From Syntrophomonadaceae bacterium (GTDB lineage: Bacteria; Bacillota; Dethiobacteria; DTU022): DNA of 51,802 nucleotides. The notes under the pieces are model-generated. The model had not been told where the DNA came from, did no database searches, and saw nothing but the letters and a program-made list of their open reading frames with translations. Location of the stretch: contig SKXC01000098.1 in the NCBI GenBank assembly GCA_007128625.1, forward strand, positions 1-51,802, given 5' to 3'. A program made the position numbers and the translations under genes. Of the stretch, positions 29,770 to 37,629 are shown piece by piece; position 1 is the first letter of the stretch; every line of letters starts with the position of its first letter.

Positions 29770-30867
29770 TTATTCAAGAATTTCCAAGAATGCTTCCACT
29801 CTTGTTTTAAGCTGACCTAAATCTTCTTTACCGAGCTCAGTTTTCAATTTCAGGTGTGGTATATCTTTTTCTTCCATTAAATTTTTTAACATCAGGTAAT
29901 CATAGTGACACATGTCGCAAAATAGCAAATCTTGGTAGATTACTGCCCGTACAGGCAGCTCGTCCAAAAGGCGCCGATAATAATCTTCTCTGGCCTGCCG
30001 ATTAAATATTCGGGGGCAGGGCAGTTTTTCTAAATAATTACAGGCGATCATTTCAAATAATTCTTCCCGTAAAGGGTTCTCGTTTGGAGATAGTGGCAGC
30101 AACGGTTTTTGTAAATAGCGCATGCCGGAACAGTTCTCCGGGTAAATACTAAATCCCGGACGCTTTGCCAGTATCTCTTCCAGCCCGTGGGGAGGCAAAC
30201 CACCGGTAAGGAGAAGACAGGAAGTTTCTGTTCTGCTTTCTCCTTCTGCGTTTTGTTTATACCCGTTTTGTTCTTTAGCGATAATTCCTTCCAGCTTACG
30301 GTTAAAGGTTTCAGGGGCGCTGCAAGCAGCTTCTATAGCCAGTTCGGACAAACCCACGGGGGAATGACCTGCTGCACTGGTTTGACCGTTCCGGGAGATC
30401 ATTATTTGCAGAAGGTCGTTTTTGTGCCGGTAAGTTTTTATTGTCTGCACCAGCCTGTTTTCGGTTACCGTTTCTCCTTCACTGCCCAGAAAACCGGCCA
30501 GAAGTTCCAGCTCCCGGGTAAAATAGTCTACAGCTTTCCCATCCTGCTTGCGGGGTAAGTCAAGCAAATAGACAAAAGAATCACTTTCCTCTTTCAGTAC
30601 ATTATAAAGGTGGATCATAGCATTACAGGAATTGGCCACCACTATCCCGTGCAAATCTTTGTACAAACCTCTGCGAATGTTACTTAAAATTTTGCGCGGG
30701 TAGGGGCAGAGGTTGGCTGGAAGAGCATCTTCCACATTCCCTGCACCCGATGTGCTCTGGGGTAAAACCCTGTAGGGAGTGAAGCCGGCGGCATGAATTA
30801 TTTCTTCCGGTGTATAGGTACAGAACCAGCCTACTTTTTTTGGTGACCCTGCTGTTTCTTCAGTCAT
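29770..30867 (-). CDS. 2-hydroxyacyl-CoA dehydratase / benzoyl-CoA reductase family subunit (HgdB-like)
   Basis: KKVGWFCTYTPEEIIHAAGFTPYRV, LCPYPRK, ANSCNAM and C-terminal LLFCDMCHYDY ... IPHLKLKTE ... TRVEAFLEILE align by eye with A. fermentans HgdB. I prefer the internal ATG at 30867 (GGGAG RBS) to 30960. Confidence 0.7.
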   Translation of the reverse strand: MTEETAGSPKKVGWFCTYTPEEIIHAAGFTPYRVLPQSTSGAGNVEDALPANLCPYPRKILSNIRRGLYKDLHGIVVANSCNAMIHLYNVLKEESDSFVYLLDLPRKQDGKAVDYFTRELELLAGFLGSEGETVTENRLVQTIKTYRHKNDLLQIMISRNGQTSAAGHSPVGLSELAIEAACSAPETFNRKLEGIIAKEQNGYKQNAEGESRTETSCLLLTGGLPPHGLEEILAKRPGFSIYPENCSGMRYLQKPLLPLSPNENPLREELFEMIACNYLEKLPCPRIFNRQAREDYYRRLLDELPVRAVIYQDLLFCDMCHYDYLMLKNLMEEKDIPHLKLKTELGKEDLGQLKTRVEAFLEILE

Positions 30868-30913
30868 AATAAAGCTCCCATCCTCTTTTGTATTCGACCC
30901 AAACAAATAGTAA

Positions 30914-30949
30914 AGGCGGCCGAAACTGTTTCGATAGGACCGGCCGCCT
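30914..30949 (-). terminator. GC-rich hairpin between the radical SAM gene and the dehydratase-like genes, a possible partial terminator or processing site
   Basis: On the minus strand AGGCGGCCG, an 18-nt loop, then CGGCCGCCT, followed by TTACTATTTGTTT (an interrupted T-tract). Confidence 0.4.
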
Positions 30950-30964
30950 CTACTTATCAATTAT

Positions 30965-32356
30965 TTATCCGATATGCACTTCTTCTTTTTCTTTTGCCGC
31001 TTCTTTGTTTATTTCAGCCCATTTTTGATCTGCCTTTTCTCCCCAGGCTGCTGCGATTGAATCCATTTTAGCCGCTTTTTGATCATGCAGAAGTGCATCT
31101 GCGCCTTCGTAGCTTGGCTGAGCATCTGTTTCACTGATCATTTCTCTGAGCATTTCCGGTCTGTCTATTATGGGGCAGGGCCGGAGCAGATTGTCACTGA
31201 AAGGCTGCCTCTGCTGGTAAGCTTTAAATAAGGGGTTGGCCAGTATTTCTTTTAGCGGTTTGCCTTTTATATTGTCGATAGTAAAGTGGACGAAGGCACA
31301 TGGTTCCACATCGCCGCTGGCATTGATGTGGAAGTAGCGCCGACCTCCGGCGATACAACCCCCGGTCAACTCACCGTCATTCCAGAAATCAGCGATCTGT
31401 ATCGGCCTTTTGCTGCGGACCTCCCGGACCCGTTTGATCAGGTTTGCCCTTTGCTCGGGAGTGATCATTAGCGAAAAGTCAGGATTGCTGCCAATTGGAA
31501 TATAATGAAAAGACCAGCCATAGAGCGCGCCCTTTTCAATCATAAGATCGATAAACTCATCAGAATATACTTCTTCAGCATTTTCTGTGGTAATTGTAAT
31601 GCTGAAGCCAAAAGCAACCCCGTTTTCTTTTAGGTGTTCCATAGCGGACATAATTTTGTTATAGACGCCTTTACCACGCCGCTGGTCGGTTGTTTCCCGA
31701 TCTCCTTCCAGGCTGATTGCCGGGGTGATATTTCCGACCTCGCGCATCCATCTGGCCATGTCTTCATTAATCAGAGTACCGTTGGTATAGATCATAAAGG
31801 CTACGTCATAGTGTTTGCGGCATAATTCCTCCAGGTGAGGCCACATTGTCGGTTCGCCGCCGGACATAACGATAAAATACATGCCCAAATCCTTGGCTTC
31901 ACTGACGATGCGATCGACTTCCTCAAAGCTCAGGCTGTGCTGTTTTTCGTAGGCGCCGGCCCAGCAACCCCTGCATCTTAAATTACAGTTGCTTGTGGGA
32001 TCGATCAGGATCGTGTACGGCACATTATGCCCCAGCTCGTTGGCCAGCCTGGTTTGTTTTGGCACCCCTACAAGCGAAGCATTAACAAAAAAGTTGTTTA
32101 TCAGGTGATTATGAACGTTTTCGTCCAGTTCATTTATTACACGGTTAATATACTGTCTGAGAGCCGGGTTTTCTTGTAGTTGTGCTTTGATATCTCTGGC
32201 ATATTCCCTGTGATTGGGAGACACAGCAATTTTTTCGACCATGTCGAGAGCTTTTTCCAAATTCTGTTCAGGGTTTTTTTTCAGGTAACCCATAACCGTG
32301 CCGAATACCTTTTCACCAAAAAATCTTTTGCCTAATTCCATACTCTTAGTCATCAT
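30965..32356 (-). CDS. radical SAM enzyme with an N-terminal helical extension and a C-terminal auxiliary-Cys (twitch/SPASM-like) region
   Basis: 463 aa. Canonical CNLRCRGCW (CX3CX2C) at about residue 124, GGEPT, and C-terminal GGCIAGGRRYFHINASGDVEPCAFV ... RPCP. GGGAGGTG RBS. Confidence 0.8.
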   Translation of the reverse strand: MMTKSMELGKRFFGEKVFGTVMGYLKKNPEQNLEKALDMVEKIAVSPNHREYARDIKAQLQENPALRQYINRVINELDENVHNHLINNFFVNASLVGVPKQTRLANELGHNVPYTILIDPTSNCNLRCRGCWAGAYEKQHSLSFEEVDRIVSEAKDLGMYFIVMSGGEPTMWPHLEELCRKHYDVAFMIYTNGTLINEDMARWMREVGNITPAISLEGDRETTDQRRGKGVYNKIMSAMEHLKENGVAFGFSITITTENAEEVYSDEFIDLMIEKGALYGWSFHYIPIGSNPDFSLMITPEQRANLIKRVREVRSKRPIQIADFWNDGELTGGCIAGGRRYFHINASGDVEPCAFVHFTIDNIKGKPLKEILANPLFKAYQQRQPFSDNLLRPCPIIDRPEMLREMISETDAQPSYEGADALLHDQKAAKMDSIAAAWGEKADQKWAEINKEAAKEKEEVHIG

Positions 32357-32562
32357 CTAAAAGCACACCTCCCTTTCTTATGCATTACTAACATCTCTTG
32401 TTGTTTTTGATCATTGCATCCTTCGTGGTTCTTAAGTGGCAGGCAGATGGATGAGTTACCTTATGGTGAAAGACTTTATAGTGTTCGGCTAACAACTTTA
32501 TTGTTCAGCAGAGTTTTCTTGCAGCACCTTACTCTATTGTGAAGTTTTGATGCAGAATTACA

Positions 32563-32943
32563 TTATTGATAACTTTCACTGTAATTTTCAGTTTTACCGC
32601 TGATGCACTGATTGTTTACCCTTTTCGCCAGCCTTGTTTTCAGTCTTTCCAGATCCTTGTGCAATATATCGGACGAGATATAATTTATCGCTTTTAAAAT
32701 TTGATCCTGAAAATGGACCTGGTTGTTATTTAACTGGTAATAAATCCAGCGCCCTTTCTTGCTGCCAACCACCAGGCCTGCTTCCTGAAGGACTTTAAGA
32801 TGGCGCGAAACTTTGTACTGGCTTTCTTCCAGTGTGTCCACAATCTCGCTGACACAGACTTCCTGGGCCTGATTTAAAAGAGCTAATATGCGGATTCTGG
32901 TTCGTTCCGAAAGACTCTTAATGATTTTTAAATACTCCTCCAT
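32563..32943 (-). CDS. ArsR/SmtB-family winged-helix transcriptional regulator
   Basis: LSERTRIRILALL ... VCVSEIVDTLEESQYKVSRHLKVLQEAGLV. ATG 32943 (AGGGGGG RBS) is preferred. It has only one Cys where As(III)-sensing ArsR has CVC. Confidence 0.8.
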   Translation of the reverse strand: MEEYLKIIKSLSERTRIRILALLNQAQEVCVSEIVDTLEESQYKVSRHLKVLQEAGLVVGSKKGRWIYYQLNNNQVHFQDQILKAINYISSDILHKDLERLKTRLAKRVNNQCISGKTENYSESYQ

Positions 32944-33181
32944 ATTCGCCCCCCTTACAACATATGCGTTTATTTGCATATATTTTAGCATGATCAACAA
33001 CAGGTGTCAAATAATCGATTTATATAGCTAAAATGGCAAGATCGCTAATTTCATAGTATAAGAATCAATGATTTTAGTGTTAATGTTAATGATATGAAAA
33101 GAATTTAGATTGCTGTTGTGGTAAAATGATAAACAATCGAGTTTACACTTACTAACTAATCTAGAAAGGTGTTTGATGTAG

Positions 33182-33961
33182 ATGATTGCTGATGAATTGC
33201 TAAAAGGAAAAAAAATACTGATCATGGGAGTGGCTAATCAAAGGAGTATTGCCTGGGCCATTGCGAAGACATTTTCGTTGGCCGGAGCTGAGCTTGCCTT
33301 TTCATATCAGGATACCCGTTTTAAAGATAAAGTAAAAAAGCTGGTAGATAATGAAATGCCAGGAGCATTGATGTTGCCATGTAATGTGGCAAATGACGAC
33401 AATATAAAGGACATGGCAGCGGCACTTAAGGATAAATGGGGAAGCTTAGATGGTATTGTGCACAGTCTTGCTTATGCCAAAAAAGAAGAGCTAGATGGAA
33501 TGTTTGTCCATACTTCTAGAGAAGGATTTCTAATGGCTCACGAAATCAGTGCTTTTTCTTTAGCTGCAGTTTCAAACCAGCTTTACCCCATAATGAATGA
33601 AGGGGGCAGCATCCTTACTCTCACTTTTCAGGGTTCAGAGCGGGTAGTACCCAACTATAATGTAATGGGTGTTGCTAAAGCCTCACTGGAAGCCAGTGTT
33701 CGCTACCTGGCTGCTGATCTCGGACCACTCGGCATCAGGGTCAATGCCGTTTCTGCCGGTCCAATTCGCACCCTGTCTGCTAAAGGAGTTAAGGACTTCA
33801 ATCGCTTGCTTGACGGGGTGGAAGAAAAAACCCCTCTGCGGCGCCTGGCTGATGCTGACGATGTGGCCGGTACAGCACTATTTCTTATTTCCGATCTATC
33901 CCGTGCTGTAACCGGTATTGTTGTGCACACAGATTGCGGTTATCACATTATGGGAGTCTAA
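33182..33961 (+). CDS. fabI: enoyl-[acyl-carrier-protein] reductase (NADH), FabI type
   Basis: 259 aa. GKKILIMGVANQRSIAW, the Y-x6-K catalytic pair (YNVMGVAKASLE) and SAGPIRTLSA. Confidence 0.9.
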   Translation: MIADELLKGKKILIMGVANQRSIAWAIAKTFSLAGAELAFSYQDTRFKDKVKKLVDNEMPGALMLPCNVANDDNIKDMAAALKDKWGSLDGIVHSLAYAKKEELDGMFVHTSREGFLMAHEISAFSLAAVSNQLYPIMNEGGSILTLTFQGSERVVPNYNVMGVAKASLEASVRYLAADLGPLGIRVNAVSAGPIRTLSAKGVKDFNRLLDGVEEKTPLRRLADADDVAGTALFLISDLSRAVTGIVVHTDCGYHIMGV

Positions 33962-34740
33962 GCTTTCAGTCGCTGTTTCCCCAAAATTTCTTTTAGCTTT
34001 TCTTCCAGGGTGCTGAGGGATACCCTTGTATTACGGCATGGACCCATCGGTCTTTCATTTAAAACTCCCCATACAGGAAGAGGATAACTGTCAACTATGC
34101 CGCTGGAAAGGTCTCTTTCGCAAGCTACTGCTAAGACACATTCCGGGTGATATATTTGAACAGCTTTACGGGCCAGAGTGCCCCCGGTTGCGACCTGAAC
34201 ATTAACCTGCCAATTTTCTACCACGCTTAACAACTTGTCGATGGGGCAGCTACCACAGCGCTGGCAGTTATAAGGATCCTGGGTAATCTTGTGCGGGCAA
34301 TCTTCATCCTGGAGGCAGTGTGGCAGCAAAACCAGTAATGCTTGAGGTGAGATATTTTGGTTTTCGATCGCGACCAGTTGATTGTTAACCATAATGAAAG
34401 AGCCCTGCACTTTTTCCTGGTCGATATGAAGCAGTTTTCCCAGCTGGACAATAAGTGGAAATAAGAAAATTAAAATCTTTTTAACCAGCCGATTTAAAAC
34501 TGGTGAAGGTGAACCCCCGAGCAGAAAGCATGCAGCAAGGGCTAAGGAAGATAGCGATGTGGCGGCCATAACAGCCAGTATAATTAAAAAAAATAAAATA
34601 GCATACTGAAACACAGGCATTCCGGGTCTTGCAAAAAAATAGCCCAGGAAAACCAGCAATAATATCAGCAATACTGTAAAAAGTAGAAATAAGCCTAAAA
34701 AAACCCGTTTAGGCGATGACATTTTTCTCCTCGTTTTCAT
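33958..34740 (-). CDS. DUF116-family membrane protein with a Cys-rich cytoplasmic domain
   Basis: 260 aa. Two or three N-terminal TM helices, then LPHCLQDEDCPHKITQDPYNCQRCGSCPI, which is typical of DUF116. Its 3' end overlaps fabI by 4 nt (convergent). Confidence 0.6.
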   Translation of the reverse strand: MKTRRKMSSPKRVFLGLFLLFTVLLILLLVFLGYFFARPGMPVFQYAILFFLIILAVMAATSLSSLALAACFLLGGSPSPVLNRLVKKILIFLFPLIVQLGKLLHIDQEKVQGSFIMVNNQLVAIENQNISPQALLVLLPHCLQDEDCPHKITQDPYNCQRCGSCPIDKLLSVVENWQVNVQVATGGTLARKAVQIYHPECVLAVACERDLSSGIVDSYPLPVWGVLNERPMGPCRNTRVSLSTLEEKLKEILGKQRLKA

Positions 34741-35140
34741 CTTACAGATTAGGTATAATTAACACGGAGGTTTACATTATCAAGGCATTCACAATTAAGG
34801 CTAACAATTATTTTATCAACCAGTTAAATCAGACGTTTTAAACAAGCGCTTAAATTATAGTCTGCTCAATTTTTTTTGTCAATGTTAAAAGACAGTTAGA
34901 CAGGAACCGGCTTTCTGCCACCAAGCTTACATATATTGTAAATATAAGACTTTAAACACCGGGGTGCATCTGAAAAGTTTCGATAACAACAGACGGGCTT
35001 GGCGATGATTTCATAATCGAAAGGTATAAGTGAAGCCGATTATTAGCAGGAATTATTCTATAAATATCGAAAAATAGGTAAGATTAATTGTTTAAGCATA
35101 GCCTGCTGGATTACATTAAGGAAAAGAAAGGTGTGCAAAT

Positions 35141-35932
35141 ATGACTGAGCTGCTTTTGCAAACAATTGTAATCGTGTTTCTTTACTTTTTTGTGTTTTTC
35201 CTGGTTGCCCAGGTCATCAAGAATAATTCTATCGTTGATATGGGTTGGGGGGCCGGTTTTGTGGTTATCGCCCTTGCTACCCTGTTCCTCGAAGGTTCCT
35301 TTACGGAAAGGAATTTGATTGTAACCCTTCTTGTAACGATCTGGGGAGGAAGGTTAACTTATCACATCGTGCGCCGTAACTGGGGAAAACCTGAAGACTT
35401 TCGTTATGCCAAGTGGCGCAAGGACTGGGGGCGGTGGTTGGTACCCCGGGCTTTTTTCCAGGTATTCATGCTGCAGGGCGTGATGATGCTGGCTATTGGT
35501 TACCCAATTGTGCTGATCAATGCCCATCCTGTTTCCGGACTGACAGCACTTGATGCAATCGGAATTTTAATCTGGATTATCGGATTCTTTTTTGAATCGG
35601 TGGGAGATAAACAGCTGGCAGACTTCTTAAAAAAATCGTCCAACAGGGGCAAGGTTATCCAATCGGGACTTTGGAAGTATACCCGGCATCCCAACTATTT
35701 CGGTGAAGCCACCATGTGGTGGGGAATCTTTCTGCTGGCCCTTTCGGTGCCTCTTGGTTGGACTGGAATAATCAGCCCATTAACTATAACCATCCTGCTG
35801 CTATTTATCTCGGGAGTTCCTATGCTGGAAAAAACTATGATGGAAAATCCTGAATATCGGGAATATGCCAGTGTAACCAGCAAGTTTATTCCCTGGTTTC
35901 CCAAAAAGAAATATGGTTCAATAAAAAAGTAA
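35141..35932 (+). CDS. DUF1295 / steroid 5-alpha-reductase-like membrane protein
   Basis: 263 aa polytopic protein. [20 protein letters not shown] motif. Confidence 0.7.
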   Translation: MTELLLQTIVIVFLYFFVFFLVAQVIKNNSIVDMGWGAGFVVIALATLFLEGSFTERNLIVTLLVTIWGGRLTYHIVRRNWGKPEDFRYAKWRKDWGRWLVPRAFFQVFMLQGVMMLAIGYPIVLINAHPVSGLTALDAIGILIWIIGFFFESVGDKQLADFLKKSSNRGKVIQSGLWKYTRHPNYFGEATMWWGIFLLALSVPLGWTGIISPLTITILLLFISGVPMLEKTMMENPEYREYASVTSKFIPWFPKKKYGSIKK

Positions 35933-35954
35933 TTGTCAGGGGAGGTTTATAACA

Positions 35955-36356
35955 ATGCTTAAATTTATCCAGTTATACCTGGTAGTCTTTGCTTCGTTTT
36001 TTTTAATTGACATGATCTGGCTTGGCCTGGTTGCTAAAAATTTTTACAAGGTCCAGCTAGGGGCTATGATGACCAAAAAAATAAAATGGCCGGCAGCGAT
36101 TATTTTTTACCTGCTTTATATTGCCGGCCTGCTTTTTTTCGTGGTTTTTCCCGCCCTTGATCAGGGTAGTTGGTTTTATGCTTTTTGGACCGGAGCCTTA
36201 TTTGGTTTAATATGCTACGCCACTTATGATTTAAGCAACCTGGCTACCCTGGAGGGCTGGCCCAAAGCTGTAACTGCAGTAGATCTGGTATGGGGATCTG
36301 CATTATCGGCAGTTCTCGGAACTATCGGTTTCTTATATGGCCAAACTATATTTTAA
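35955..36356 (+). CDS. DUF2177-family small membrane protein
   Basis: 133 aa with four hydrophobic helices. The N-terminus FLIDMIWLGLVAKNFYKVQLG is typical of DUF2177. It lies 22 nt downstream of the DUF1295 gene. Confidence 0.6.
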   Translation: MLKFIQLYLVVFASFFLIDMIWLGLVAKNFYKVQLGAMMTKKIKWPAAIIFYLLYIAGLLFFVVFPALDQGSWFYAFWTGALFGLICYATYDLSNLATLEGWPKAVTAVDLVWGSALSAVLGTIGFLYGQTIF

Positions 36357-36508
36357 CTGATCAATAGATGTCATTTGGAGGAAAAGAATAATCCCGGGAA
36401 ATCAGGCAGCAGATAATAAAAGCAAGTGACAGGCTTAGAAACTGCTGATTATCGAATAAAAACCTGGTCTTTTACCGGTGACATGATCTGGCCTGTGACG
36501 AATAATTA

Positions 36509-37384
36509 CTACAAAATGCATTTTTCCGGCCAGCTTGCCAGGTAGTGAACTTCATTGCTGTTAAATTTTATTAGTTCTTCAAAAACTGAACATGTTGTAG
36601 GACTGGCGGGATTATATATGATCAGGTATAAATCACCAATTCTGGTATGAATGGTTGTTTCAGTGGCTGTATATGCCAGCTGTCCAAAAAAAGGATGTTT
36701 ATACATGAAATTTTCATAGGTCAAATCATGAAAATCCAGGCATCTATGGCTTGAGTACCAATCGATATCAAACTGTTTTTCTCTAAGCAAGTTTTTTAGA
36801 AGGTAGTTGAAATAATCTGTATGTCGGTAGCGTAAAGATGATCGGCGAAATTCAAGAAGGGCCATAACTGCTGTTTTATGCCAGGTAGAACCGATTATTT
36901 CTTTAAACCCCAGTTTAGGAGAATAAATGAAATTCAACAGGTTAAGGCCAGCTGGCAGCTGCCGGGTATAATCAATTAAGTCCGGTGTTACCTGGTATAA
37001 ATATAAGACAGCCTTATTCGCTGCGACAATATCTGAGTAAACATCTGTTAAATATGCCGGCACCTGCAAATTTTCCATCGCGGTAATTACTCTTTTTATT
37101 TGTTCTTCAGGTTCTTCCTGGTTAAACAGTTCCCTGTCTTTAAAGCCGAGAGCGGCATAAAAAAATTCTTTCCGTTCCAGGCTTGTCAGGTTGAAAGAAT
37201 CTGCTAAAAGCGTTAAGGTTTGATTGTCAACATATTTTCGATCTCCTCTTTCCAGCCTGCCTAACTGGTCTTCAGTTAAATGGACTGCTCTGCTCAGGCT
37301 TTCCCGGCTCCAACGTTTACCCAGAGTATCATAGCTGTTTTTGCGCAGGGCTTTAACTAGAAGACCAAAATCCAGAAGACTCAT
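36509..37384 (-). CDS. XRE-family HTH regulator with an MmyB-like C-terminal ligand-binding domain
   Basis: 291 aa. N-terminal HTH (LLVKALRKNS ... SRESLSRAVHLTEDQLGRLERG ... LADSFNLTSLERKEFF) and a C-terminal domain of about 200 aa, as in MmyB-like regulators. Confidence 0.65.
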   Translation of the reverse strand: MSLLDFGLLVKALRKNSYDTLGKRWSRESLSRAVHLTEDQLGRLERGDRKYVDNQTLTLLADSFNLTSLERKEFFYAALGFKDRELFNQEEPEEQIKRVITAMENLQVPAYLTDVYSDIVAANKAVLYLYQVTPDLIDYTRQLPAGLNLLNFIYSPKLGFKEIIGSTWHKTAVMALLEFRRSSLRYRHTDYFNYLLKNLLREKQFDIDWYSSHRCLDFHDLTYENFMYKHPFFGQLAYTATETTIHTRIGDLYLIIYNPASPTTCSVFEELIKFNSNEVHYLASWPEKCIL

Positions 37385-37439
37385 ATTTTATCGCCTCTTA
37401 AAAAATCTGTAGTAGGGAGATAGTATTTTCATTTTTTTT

Positions 37440-37468
37440 ATTATAATTGTAATTAAGAATAGAAGCAA
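37440..37468 (-). promoter_or_regulatory. putative sigma-A promoter for the MmyB-like regulator gene
   Basis: The minus strand reads TTGCTT, a 17-nt spacer, then TATAAT, about 55 nt upstream of the ATG. Confidence 0.45.
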
Positions 37469-37629
37469 GTTTAAATTTAAAAATATTGAATTAAATGTAC
37501 GATACCCTGTTAATTGTTTTATTGAACTTTGTGCTTTCAGCGAATATCGTCTGCCAGGTCTAAACTCATCTCCTTGACAGTTGGAGCTGATGGATCTGCT
37601 CTTGAAAGAATAAGGTATAGACTTATGTT

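Noticed and set aside
32563-32943. ArsR plus radical SAM as an arsenic-metabolite (arsinothricin/arsenosugar-type) biosynthetic locus
   Set aside because: The regulator has CVS instead of the As(III)-binding CVC motif. No arsenite methyltransferase, efflux or reductase genes are nearby. ArsR/SmtB is a very broad family.
33028-33225. A 65-aa minus-strand ORF in the ArsR-fabI intergenic region
   Set aside because: It is AT-rich with an I/N/K/F-biased sequence, overlaps the fabI start and the probable promoters, and has no RBS. It is likely spurious.
34741-35140. A 400-nt spacer between the DUF116 and DUF1295 genes as a possible ncRNA or small-protein locus
   Set aside because: Only very short ORFs (under 15 aa) without RBS are present, and there is no convincing stable hairpin or repeat. 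Most likely it is just two divergent promoter regions. It could be revisited with RNA-seq.
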